Shown piece after piece: positions 51,087 to 60,028 of a stretch of DNA of 64,000 bases. How positions within the stretch are numbered: the first letter of the stretch is position 1; each line of letters starts with the position of its first letter. A program made the translations under genes and the position numbers. This stretch comes from Candidatus Bathyarchaeota archaeon. GTDB lineage: Archaea > Thermoproteota > Bathyarchaeia > Bathyarchaeales > Bathycorpusculaceae. The stretch spans positions 2,282,765 through 2,346,764 of the forward strand of contig OY970176.1 in assembly GCA_963707955.1 (NCBI GenBank), in the 5' to 3' direction. Below the pieces are notes generated by a model. The model was not told where the DNA came from. It saw nothing but the letters and a program-made list of their open reading frames with translations, and did not search any database.

Positions 51087-51959
51087 TTGAGTGTGACGTT
51101 TGGCGGAGTGTCAGGTTTGCTTTCTGTTGTGATTCCGGCGCTTAACAGTGCGTCTACGATCGGTTTGACTCTTTCTTCGGTTTTTTCTAGTAGTTTTCCG
51201 CGGGAATTGTTCGAGGTGCTCGTGGTTGATAATGGGAGTTCCGATGGGACTGTGGAAGTGGCTCAGAGGTTTCCGGTGAGAGTGGAGCGTTGTGCTGAGA
51301 GAGGCATTGGGCCTCCTAGGAACGTTGGCATCAAGATGGCCAGGGGAAGCATTGTTTGTTTGACGGATTCAGACTGCGTCGTCGAGGAGGATTGGCTGGG
51401 GAAGATTTGGGGTTTTTTCGAGAAGCATTCAGATGCGGATGGGGTGGGCGGGCCGGTTTTTCCTTATCCTGTTAGTCAGAACAAGATTCAGAGGCTGACG
51501 GGCGAGCTTTTTGTTGAAGATCAAGGATATCCGAGTAGCATCAGGAAGGTGCGGTTTGGCTCTATGAGCGGCATGATTTTCGGGTCTAACAGCGCGTACA
51601 AGAAGGATGCTGTTAGATCCGCAGGGGGTTACTCCGAGCCTGGGGGTTCAAACTTGGAGTCTGCGTGGAGACTCGCTTGTTTAAGACGGAATCTTTTTTT
51701 TGATCCTGAAATAAGAGTCAGTCACATTTTTCCGTCGAACCTCAAAGGCATTTTCAGGCAGCAGTTCAGGTGGGGAGCACAATCGACACATATGAAGCGA
51801 ATGTATCACTTGGACAATAGGGCAAAGGAAATTGTCTTCATTTCTTGCTTTCTTGTTCGCCGTTTGCTTTCTCTGGTTTCTCCTGATGATAGGAAGCTGT
51901 TACACTTTTTCCAGATGGCAAGTTACAGCTTCGGTCGTGTCTATGGGCTTCGTTTGTGA
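51087..51959 (+). CDS. Glycosyltransferase family 2
   Basis: SVVIPALN, VVDNGSSDGT, TDSDC, QQFRW. Confidence 0.93.
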   Translation: MSVTFGGVSGLLSVVIPALNSASTIGLTLSSVFSSSFPRELFEVLVVDNGSSDGTVEVAQRFPVRVERCAERGIGPPRNVGIKMARGSIVCLTDSDCVVEEDWLGKIWGFFEKHSDADGVGGPVFPYPVSQNKIQRLTGELFVEDQGYPSSIRKVRFGSMSGMIFGSNSAYKKDAVRSAGGYSEPGGSNLESAWRLACLRRNLFFDPEIRVSHIFPSNLKGIFRQQFRWGAQSTHMKRMYHLDNRAKEIVFISCFLVRRLLSLVSPDDRKLLHFFQMASYSFGRVYGLRL

Positions 51960-52124
51960 GATCGTGGGACATGGTATCTGAAACAAAGAAACGGTGTGAA
52001 ACGCGACGATGACGGGCATAAGGCACGTAAAAAACATAGTGAATGTCTCAGCTGCCTGAGGCCTATTGGTGTGCAAATCCTTCGCATATCTGGTGGCGCG
52101 CGCATACCTGCGCTGAATTAGGAA

Positions 52125-53519
52125 GTGAGTCTCGTGAAAGTGCTGCTTTGTTCTCAATTTTATGGTAACGGCGGTCGGGTTTTTCCTGCTGGGATAGTTT
52201 TCCCAACGGGGTTGGCATACATTGCTTCAGTTCTCGATGATCATGATGTGAAGGTTTTTGATGCGAACGTGGTTGACGATCCGCTGGGAAAACTTTCGAA
52301 GTTGCTTGAAAGTGACATGCCCACCGTGGTCGGCATATCTCTGAGAAATATTGATTTGTTGGATCCGCCCAGGAATGACGTGAATTTTTATGGGCGTTTC
52401 AAAGTGATGATACGTCTCATTAGGGAAAAGGCTCCGTCTGCCAAGTTGGTCGTTGGCGGAACTGGGTTTTCGATCTTTGCGGAACAGTTAATGGCTGAGA
52501 ACGGGGAGATCGATTATGGTGTGGTTTCTAACGGTGAAATTGCGATAAGGGATCTTTTGAAAGATTTGGGTCATCCTGAGAGGGTGAAGAACGTTTTCTT
52601 TCGAAGGGGAAGGCAGGTCTTTTTCTCGGGGGAAGGCGAGTTGATTGATTTTGACCGTTTGCCTGCTCCTTCAAGGAGCTTATTTGACATGTCTGAGTAT
52701 AGGAAGACGCCTTTTTCGGTGGGTGTTCAGTCAAAGCGTGGGTGTGCGTTCAGGTGCATATACTGTCCAGACCCTTTCTTAGGTGGATACAAGCTGCGGG
52801 TGAGGTCTCCGAAGAGCGTTGTGGACGAAGTGGAAGCATTAGTGAATGATTATGGTGTTGAATCATTCTTTTTTGTTGATCCGATTTTCAACTATCCCAC
52901 CGAGAATGCGCGTGAAGTGTGCAGAGAGATGCGCAGAAGGAAACTCGATGTAGAATGGAATGCTTACTTCCGCGAAGACCTGTTAAACTCAAGCTTTGTC
53001 AAAGAAGCTGAAGACGCAGGATGCAGGATCTTTGAGTTTCATTCTGACGGCGCCTCTGATCAAGCCTTGAGCATGCTCAACAAGAATATCCGGATCAAGG
53101 ACATTGAGAAGACTATGGATTTGACGCGCTTTATGAAACGCGCAGGCGTAGGCTACAATTTCTTTTACGACTTACCACGGGGCAACGTTGAAAACATGTT
53201 CGCCATCGCGCGTCTGACAGAAAAAATCGTGACTAAATGCAGAGAAAAACTTGCATACATGACGTTAGACAGAATGCGCATATATCCTCACACGATGCTC
53301 TACGACCTTGCCCTAAGAGAAGGCAAGATTAGCAAGCGCACTAACCTGTTGAATTCACTTTATTACACGTCTTCAACGTCGAAAATTCAAGAACTGTGCA
53401 CGAAGCCCATGAAGACACTGTCCTACCTGCTGGGCAGCAAGAATTTCAAGGCGCGTCAGAGGCTGCGTTCTAGATCTGTGCACGCGTCGCGCGCAACGAG
53501 CATCCTGCACGGTATGTGA
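52125..53519 (+). CDS. Cobalamin-binding radical SAM protein
   Basis: PTGLAYIAS, VVGG, KRGCAFRCIYC. Confidence 0.92.
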   Translation: MSLVKVLLCSQFYGNGGRVFPAGIVFPTGLAYIASVLDDHDVKVFDANVVDDPLGKLSKLLESDMPTVVGISLRNIDLLDPPRNDVNFYGRFKVMIRLIREKAPSAKLVVGGTGFSIFAEQLMAENGEIDYGVVSNGEIAIRDLLKDLGHPERVKNVFFRRGRQVFFSGEGELIDFDRLPAPSRSLFDMSEYRKTPFSVGVQSKRGCAFRCIYCPDPFLGGYKLRVRSPKSVVDEVEALVNDYGVESFFFVDPIFNYPTENAREVCREMRRRKLDVEWNAYFREDLLNSSFVKEAEDAGCRIFEFHSDGASDQALSMLNKNIRIKDIEKTMDLTRFMKRAGVGYNFFYDLPRGNVENMFAIARLTEKIVTKCREKLAYMTLDRMRIYPHTMLYDLALREGKISKRTNLLNSLYYTSSTSKIQELCTKPMKTLSYLLGSKNFKARQRLRSRSVHASRATSILHGM

Positions 53520-53591
53520 TGGATGTTCAGCGAGTTTGTAAACTTCGCGCGCCCACTGATTGTCTGTCTGGATTGTTGGAGAGAGACTAGA

Positions 53592-54674
53592 ATGAGTGGA
53601 GTTTTAAGGCGTCTTTCAAATGAGGTACGTTATGGCGTTCTGTATTTGGGGAATTACTCTGTTTTGAAGCTTATTTCTCCAAGGCCAGATTATGTTGAGG
53701 TGAGAGTTACCGAGGGATGCAATAGCCGATGCATAACGTGCAGAGCTTGGAAGAATTCCAGAGAAGGTGAATTATCTACTGAGGAAATGATCGATGCTTT
53801 CAAGCAGTTGAGGGAAATAGGTGTAAACTCTATTCGCATCTCGGGAGGAGAACCGTTAATTCGGTCTGACATCGTCGAGTTGATAAAAGAGTGCAAAAGG
53901 CTGAAATTCCAAGAAATATACGTCGCAACAAACGGTCTCTTGCTTCAGCCGAAGGCTGAGGAGCTTGTTGAGGGTGGAGTAACCCATTTCGGTGTTTCGT
54001 TGGACGGAATTGAAGAGACTAATGATTTGATTCGTGGGGTTCCTGGAAGCTTCAAGAGAGCGCTGGAGGGAATCAGTGCTGTAAAGCGTTCTGTGAAGAA
54101 GGTGGAGACCGATGTTCCTGTGACCGTTTTTACGACGTTGTTGAGGCAGAATATTCGTGAGGTGCCATCGCTCCTGAAGCTGTGCGAAGACATGGGGGTG
54201 AGCTGGTGTTTCAGTTTGCTGGATAATAATCTTGATTTTTTTGAGGGAGTTGATATTTCAGAGTTAGCCATCAAAGATTGGAAGGTCATTGATGAAACCA
54301 TAGATTATTTGAAGAATCTGTGGTATGAGAAGCCTTCGCTCGTTTATTCTGGACTGGACATTCTTGAATATGCCAGAAGCTACCTTAAGGGGGCAAACAG
54401 GGACGATGATCTTCCATGCACTCTTGGGTACAAGCTGATCTCCATAGGATCGAGAGGAGAAGTCTATCCAGGATGTTACGTTTTCAAGCCCATCGGAAGC
54501 ATAAGGGAAACAAGACTCAGCGAGATAGTGAAGTCCAAAGAATATAGGACCCTTGCAGAAAAAATATACCGAAGAGAATGCTCAGGCTGCACGTTCTTCT
54601 ATGAAGACAACGTCATGATTAGGCACATGTTTCCGAAAGCAGAGAGAATAAGAAGTTTAGTCAGAAGCAAATGA
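53592..54674 (+). CDS. Radical SAM/SPASM-domain protein
   Basis: CNSRCITC, SGGEP, TNG, SLDG; C-terminal C...GEVYPGC...CSGC. Confidence 0.9.
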   Translation: MSGVLRRLSNEVRYGVLYLGNYSVLKLISPRPDYVEVRVTEGCNSRCITCRAWKNSREGELSTEEMIDAFKQLREIGVNSIRISGGEPLIRSDIVELIKECKRLKFQEIYVATNGLLLQPKAEELVEGGVTHFGVSLDGIEETNDLIRGVPGSFKRALEGISAVKRSVKKVETDVPVTVFTTLLRQNIREVPSLLKLCEDMGVSWCFSLLDNNLDFFEGVDISELAIKDWKVIDETIDYLKNLWYEKPSLVYSGLDILEYARSYLKGANRDDDLPCTLGYKLISIGSRGEVYPGCYVFKPIGSIRETRLSEIVKSKEYRTLAEKIYRRECSGCTFFYEDNVMIRHMFPKAERIRSLVRSK

Positions 54675-55618
54675 ACATGTCTCCTGCAAGAACCCTTTTT
54701 TTAACGTTTGACGTAGAAGATTTCATAAATGACAGATCAATCAAGGCATTGCACGGTATTCTGGAGATATTGAAGAGGAATAGACTCGAAGCATTGTTCT
54801 TCATCACGGGGCACATGGCAGAAAAACTTGTTGGGCATGAAGAAATTCTTGATCTTCTTCGTGAACATCAAATAGGATATCATTCGTCAAGCCATTCGGT
54901 GAGACCGACAATCCTCGAATACACGGATGTGGAAGATTACGCCCAGGCCCAGTTGGAATCCATCAGAAGGGAAACTTCCCACATAAATCCGCTGACAGGA
55001 GCAATTGAAGGAAGAGGCGGAATAAACAGTCTGCGCGAGTTGTTTCCTGATCAAAGCATAAGAGCCTTCAGGGCCCCCCACTACTGTTGGTCTCCACCAC
55101 ATTTGCAAGCACTGACCGACCTCGGAGTAAATTTCGACTTCTCCACAAAGCTTTTTCCTGAACCAGCAGCCTTCAGAGGCATCAACTTCTACCCGTACCC
55201 GATCTCTCACTACTGGAACAGAATGGGCGTGTACCGCGCGCTGCTGAGAGCTTTGCCAAGCAAGCGAACCATAGTGCTGAATTTCCATGAGTGGCACTTC
55301 GTGAACGTTGATGCTTGGGACCGATGCTATGCGAATGGAAACCCAGAAGTGCTGACTTTGACGAAGGCGCGAAACCTGGGAGAAACGATGAGGATGTTTT
55401 CGACGTTCGAATTGTTCATCAGCAAAATCAAAGCTCTGCAGAGAGCGAACCTGTTCGAAGTTACGCCCAGGCTTGAAGTGCTATCTGCCCATCCTTCGAT
55501 TGACAGAGCCAGCGTTACAAAACGATGCAGCGAAATGGCTGCGTGGTACAGGAGAAACTACCACTACGAGCCCAGGTATCTTCGTAAACATTTTGAAACG
55601 TTCTTCTTCGAAGCTTGA
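54671..55618 (+). CDS. Polysaccharide deacetylase (CE4) family protein
   Basis: LTFDVED, HQIGYHSSSH, FRAP, LNFH. Confidence 0.85.
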   Translation: MNMSPARTLFLTFDVEDFINDRSIKALHGILEILKRNRLEALFFITGHMAEKLVGHEEILDLLREHQIGYHSSSHSVRPTILEYTDVEDYAQAQLESIRRETSHINPLTGAIEGRGGINSLRELFPDQSIRAFRAPHYCWSPPHLQALTDLGVNFDFSTKLFPEPAAFRGINFYPYPISHYWNRMGVYRALLRALPSKRTIVLNFHEWHFVNVDAWDRCYANGNPEVLTLTKARNLGETMRMFSTFELFISKIKALQRANLFEVTPRLEVLSAHPSIDRASVTKRCSEMAAWYRRNYHYEPRYLRKHFETFFFEA

Positions 55619-55697
55619 TGGCTCGTCATGGCCAGAATGCTGGGTTAACAAGATTAATATGAGGAGAAAACAGTTCACAAGACTGGAGACCTTTAAG

Positions 55698-56675
55698 ATG
55701 CCTTTAACAAATCGCTTGAAGAAATCGAGACAGATGATTCGTCTTGTCAGACCGTTTGAGTTGACTTTGAGTGACTTGATATATCCGATTTTTGTCAGGG
55801 AGGACGGCAAGAAGTATGCGATACCGTCGATGAAGGGACAGAATTATCTCTCGTTGGACGACGCTGTTGGGATTTGCAGCAAGACTATCGCGTTGGGTAT
55901 TCCTGCGGTTATGGTTTATGGCGTGTTGAAGCAGAAGGATGCTGACGGGTCCATAGCTTTGCGGAAAAACAACTTTCACTCGAAGATTTTCAAGCGGCTG
56001 AAGAAGGAGTTCGGGGACGATTTGGTTCTGATTTCAAACGTCTGCCTCTGCGATTACACTGCGGAAGAATATTGTGTTTACAGTGAAAAGGGGAAGGTTT
56101 TGAACGAGAAGACTGCTGAGATGCTCGCGAAAATAGGCGCCATCCACGCAGAAACCGGTGCCGACGTGATTGCTCCTGCCGCGATGTGCGACGGGCAAGT
56201 TGGGCATATTAGGGCAGCGTTGGATGAAAAAGGCTTGGAAGACGTTGCGGTAATGGCGTATGTCAAGACTGACAGCTGCCTTTTTGAACCGTATTTCGAG
56301 GCCATGACATTATCGAAAACGCCCCGAAAGGGAGTGGATTCGAGCAAGTTCAGGACGGACATCATCAACGAGAAGATGTACATGCAGAAGGTAGAATTAG
56401 AAGTGAGTGAAGGGGCTGACATGGTGATCGTCAAGCCCGCGCTCACTAACCTTGACCTGATGGCCAAAGTCAAGCAAACGTATCCTACTCTTCCCATTGC
56501 GGCTTACCAAGTTAGCGGTGAATACGCGATGATAAAGTTACTCGCTCAGTCGACACCTGTTGATGAAAAAGTACTTTTCATGGAGACTCTTAGCTCAATC
56601 AAGAGGGCGGGAGCAGACATGATACTGACGTACTACGCCATGGAAGCAGCAAAACTCTTGAACAAGCGCAAGTAG
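55698..56675 (+). CDS. hemB: Porphobilinogen synthase-like protein (divergent)
   Basis: DLIYPIFV, CLCDYT...C, GADVIAPAAMCDGQV, GADMVIVKPA, AAYQVSGEYAMIK, IKRAGADMILTY. Confidence 0.85.
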   Translation: MPLTNRLKKSRQMIRLVRPFELTLSDLIYPIFVREDGKKYAIPSMKGQNYLSLDDAVGICSKTIALGIPAVMVYGVLKQKDADGSIALRKNNFHSKIFKRLKKEFGDDLVLISNVCLCDYTAEEYCVYSEKGKVLNEKTAEMLAKIGAIHAETGADVIAPAAMCDGQVGHIRAALDEKGLEDVAVMAYVKTDSCLFEPYFEAMTLSKTPRKGVDSSKFRTDIINEKMYMQKVELEVSEGADMVIVKPALTNLDLMAKVKQTYPTLPIAAYQVSGEYAMIKLLAQSTPVDEKVLFMETLSSIKRAGADMILTYYAMEAAKLLNKRK

Positions 56676-56833
56676 GATATTGTCAAACATACAATTCCCA
56701 AAACTATTCTTGCGCTCTTTTGGAATCAAATCAGAGATTAAGAATCTTGAAGTCTTGGATTGATTAGAAACCTGCAGAGAATAACCAGTTAGTCAAACGG
56801 TTTGAGTGGCTGCAAGCTCGAGTGTGACGCGTT

Positions 56834-57841
56834 TTGGAGGAAGAGAAGTTAAAGATCGCTGTCGTAGGACTGGGCAAGATGGGCATTCTTCACTCTTGTA
56901 TTTTGAATGTCTTGCCTCAGGTTGAGCTTTCGGCCTTATGTGAGAAGAGTGGCATGACTCGCAGGCTGTTGAAGAAGCTGTTTAACGGGGTCCGAATGGT
57001 TGATGACGTTCGAAAACTTGCCAATTCCGATCTTGATGCGATCTACGTGACTACGCCGATACCCTCTCATTATCCGGTTGTTAAGAGTCTGTATTCAATG
57101 AACGTGACTCACAACGTGTTTGTTGAGAAGACCCTTGCGGCCAGCTATGAGGAGGCAAAAGAACTCTGCGAGTTAGCCAACCATTCTGGGGGGATTAACA
57201 TGGTTGGCTACCTGAGGAGGTTTTACGTTACGTTCAGAAAGGCTAAGGACATGCTGTCTGAAGACGTGATAGGAAAACTATCTTCCTTCAAAGCCTATGC
57301 CTATTCGTCAGACTTTCTTGGCGTTGATCATGAAGCAGGAACGTCTGCTTCCAGAGGAGGTGTTCTTAGGGACTTGGGCTGCCATGCGGTAGATTTGGCG
57401 CTATGGTTTTTTGGTGATCTGCAGGTTCGTTCAGCTCACTCAGCCTCTTCCGCTGGTCCTAACTTCGATGACTCAGTGAATTTTGAAGCTGAGAACTATG
57501 GCGGTTTGAAAGGAGACTTCAGCGTATCGTGGCGTATGGAGAATTATCGCATGCCAGAGGCGGGACTGTCGATTACTGGTTCTGAAGGAACCTTGATGGT
57601 TAATGATGACAAAATAGAGCTTAATCTGAAAGATGGCAGAAAGTCCACGATGTATAGACATGATTTGGACGATAACGTTCCGTTTTGGTTAGCGATGCCT
57701 GAATACTACCGTGAAGACCTGTGCTTTGTCAAGTCAATTGAGGAGCGCGTTAAAGCAGAGCTTGATTTTCGCGCTGGTTCGAAGGTTGATGAAGTCATCA
57801 GCCAAGTGGAAAAAAGAGTTGGTGCCATTGGTCAACAGTAG
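56834..57841 (+). CDS. Gfo/Idh/MocA-family oxidoreductase
   Basis: VVGLGKMG, VFVEK, GGVLRDLGCHAVD. Confidence 0.92.
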   Translation: MEEEKLKIAVVGLGKMGILHSCILNVLPQVELSALCEKSGMTRRLLKKLFNGVRMVDDVRKLANSDLDAIYVTTPIPSHYPVVKSLYSMNVTHNVFVEKTLAASYEEAKELCELANHSGGINMVGYLRRFYVTFRKAKDMLSEDVIGKLSSFKAYAYSSDFLGVDHEAGTSASRGGVLRDLGCHAVDLALWFFGDLQVRSAHSASSAGPNFDDSVNFEAENYGGLKGDFSVSWRMENYRMPEAGLSITGSEGTLMVNDDKIELNLKDGRKSTMYRHDLDDNVPFWLAMPEYYREDLCFVKSIEERVKAELDFRAGSKVDEVISQVEKRVGAIGQQ

Positions 57842-58733
57842 CAAAAAGGCTTTGCTCGTTGGAGACAACCCGTTCCATAACATAAGCCACTTGTCGCAGG
57901 ACAGAATGAGAGCCCGAGACGGATCGGTTACTGAGCCAGAGCATGCAGCAAGCCTAGTGTTGATGTCTCTTGATAACGGGGCGAACGGGTTTATGTTTTC
58001 AGTTAGCGAAGAGACGCTTTCAATCTTGAAAGTGATCCGCGAAAGGGACCAGACTGAACGCTTGAGCCTCTATCCAATCGTACCATATGCATACGAATAC
58101 GTGCAGCTGGCTACGCAGTCCGGCGGAATTCCTGGACTAGCTAGAAGATTTGCGAAACAGATAGTGCTGTCAGGGAACCTTGGTGCGCTTGCGACAGGTT
58201 TCAAGGGTGCGGTCTGGACTGACCCGGTTTCTCTGATGAAGACTTACTTGACGTATGAAGTGAGCAGAATAAGGTCTTCAGCAGGTAAAAAGGCTGACAT
58301 CGCTTCTGTGGTGCTTCATGAGATAGTCACCGACGTGGCCCTAGCCCTTAATCTAGACTGGTTCTTCAAAGCATACGTTGATTTCGTTTCCAAAACGGGA
58401 GCCACGCCAGGCTTTAACACTTGCAACTTCGCATACCTGCTTGACAAGTTTGACAGGTGGGGCATTGACCCGTGCAAGACGGTTGTCGCATCACCGTTTA
58501 ACAAGGTAGGTTTTCAGATGAATCCGTCGAAGACAGCCTGCGAGGAGGCCCTGAAGAAGTGCCAAGGACCAGTGCTAATAGGCATAAGCATTCTGGCCGC
58601 TGGATACTTGAAACTCGAAGAGGCTGTTGACTATATAGCTGCTCTGCCTAACGTAAAGGGCGTTGCCGCAGGCGTTTCAAAAGAGAAGCACGCACTGGAA
58701 ACGTTCAGGCTTCTAGATCAAAGATTAAGATGA
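57828..58733 (+). CDS. Hypothetical protein (possibly TIM-barrel), glycan-cluster associated
   Basis: LLVGDNPFHNISHLSQ, PFNKVGFQMNPS, SILAAGYL. Confidence 0.7.
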   Translation: MVNSSKKALLVGDNPFHNISHLSQDRMRARDGSVTEPEHAASLVLMSLDNGANGFMFSVSEETLSILKVIRERDQTERLSLYPIVPYAYEYVQLATQSGGIPGLARRFAKQIVLSGNLGALATGFKGAVWTDPVSLMKTYLTYEVSRIRSSAGKKADIASVVLHEIVTDVALALNLDWFFKAYVDFVSKTGATPGFNTCNFAYLLDKFDRWGIDPCKTVVASPFNKVGFQMNPSKTACEEALKKCQGPVLIGISILAAGYLKLEEAVDYIAALPNVKGVAAGVSKEKHALETFRLLDQRLR

Positions 58734-58856
58734 AGCAAGCTGTTCACGATCGAGTAAGTGTCGACTCCAGTAGTGATTCCACCATCAAACAGCGCAAGAA
58801 CCATACCCGCTGTGGGTCTCATTTTTGGGCTTGTCTGGAATGAGCAGGGAAGAAAC

Positions 58857-60017
58857 ATGCTACTTGTTTCTATTTTGTGGGTGATTTTTGCTTTCTTATC
58901 TTTTGGCATCTTAGGTCTGAGTTACCTTTGGACCCGACGTTGTGCGAGAAAACCTTGGAAGATAAGGAAAGTAGAAGGTTATTACCCCAAAGTGGCAATC
59001 ATAGTGCCGACGTTTAATGAAAGTGGAACGATTGATTTCAAGCTCAAAAACCTAGCCAAGTTGGATTATCCAAAAGGCTCAACTCAAATGCTTTTCGTAG
59101 ACAGTGCATCTACTGATTCAACCGTTGAAAGGATTCGGAAGTTTGCTGAAGATCACCGTGACATGAATATCAAGGCACTAGTCGAGAGTGAACGAAGGGG
59201 GAAATCTTCGGCCTTGAATGCGTGTCTAGAAAGCTGCGATGGAGATGTTATCATCGTGTCTGACGCCGATTGTTTTTGGCCATCCAACATCTTGAACAGA
59301 GCCCTACCTTACTTGGCTGATCCTGAAGTTGGCGCAATATCGGGACCGAAGAAATTGCTAAATTCAGGAGCTTCTTCAGCGACCAAAAGTGAAGATGCAT
59401 ATCTTGAATCAATGAATCTGATGAAACTAGGCGAATCGAAGAGTTCTTCAACCATACTGTTTGAGGGTGGGTTCAGCGCCTACAAAAAAGAAGCACTAGA
59501 CTCGTTTGACCCATACATCACAGGGTCTGATGACTCTGGAACTGTTATCACGTTGCTGGAAAAAGGCTACAGGAGCATTATGGTTCAAGAAGCCGAGTTT
59601 TTCACAACCTTTCCGAGAACTTGGAAAGGAAAAATCGCGATGAAAGCGAGAAGAGCCAATCAGCTTGTTCGGCTCTTCAGGAAATATGCCGTTCTACTCC
59701 TCAAGAATAAGATCAGGATTGCGAAACCTGTCGTTGCAAAGAATGTTTTCATGTATTTGGTGTCTCCAATAATGTTTCTGCTTCTCGCAGCCACTACAGT
59801 CTACCTCGTTGTAAAGTTTCCAATAGCAGCAGCAAGCTTGTTGATCTTGCTGGTTCCGAAGGCAAGATCCTATTTTGCAGAGGCTACGCTGAACTACCTG
59901 ATTTTGGCTTACGCTATTTTCGCAACTCTGTCAAAAAAGAGATCCGTCATTTGGTCACAACCAGAAGACAGAGCCCTGTTAGAAGAGCAAATGCTGGTTC
60001 AGAACGGACTGATCTGA
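58857..60017 (+). CDS. Membrane GT2 (CESA-like) glycosyltransferase
   Basis: IIVPTFNE, LDYP, DSASTD, GKSSALN, SDAD; N- and C-terminal TMs. Confidence 0.92.
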   Translation: MLLVSILWVIFAFLSFGILGLSYLWTRRCARKPWKIRKVEGYYPKVAIIVPTFNESGTIDFKLKNLAKLDYPKGSTQMLFVDSASTDSTVERIRKFAEDHRDMNIKALVESERRGKSSALNACLESCDGDVIIVSDADCFWPSNILNRALPYLADPEVGAISGPKKLLNSGASSATKSEDAYLESMNLMKLGESKSSSTILFEGGFSAYKKEALDSFDPYITGSDDSGTVITLLEKGYRSIMVQEAEFFTTFPRTWKGKIAMKARRANQLVRLFRKYAVLLLKNKIRIAKPVVAKNVFMYLVSPIMFLLLAATTVYLVVKFPIAAASLLILLVPKARSYFAEATLNYLILAYAIFATLSKKRSVIWSQPEDRALLEEQMLVQNGLI

Positions 60018-60028
60018 AGGAAAAGAAT

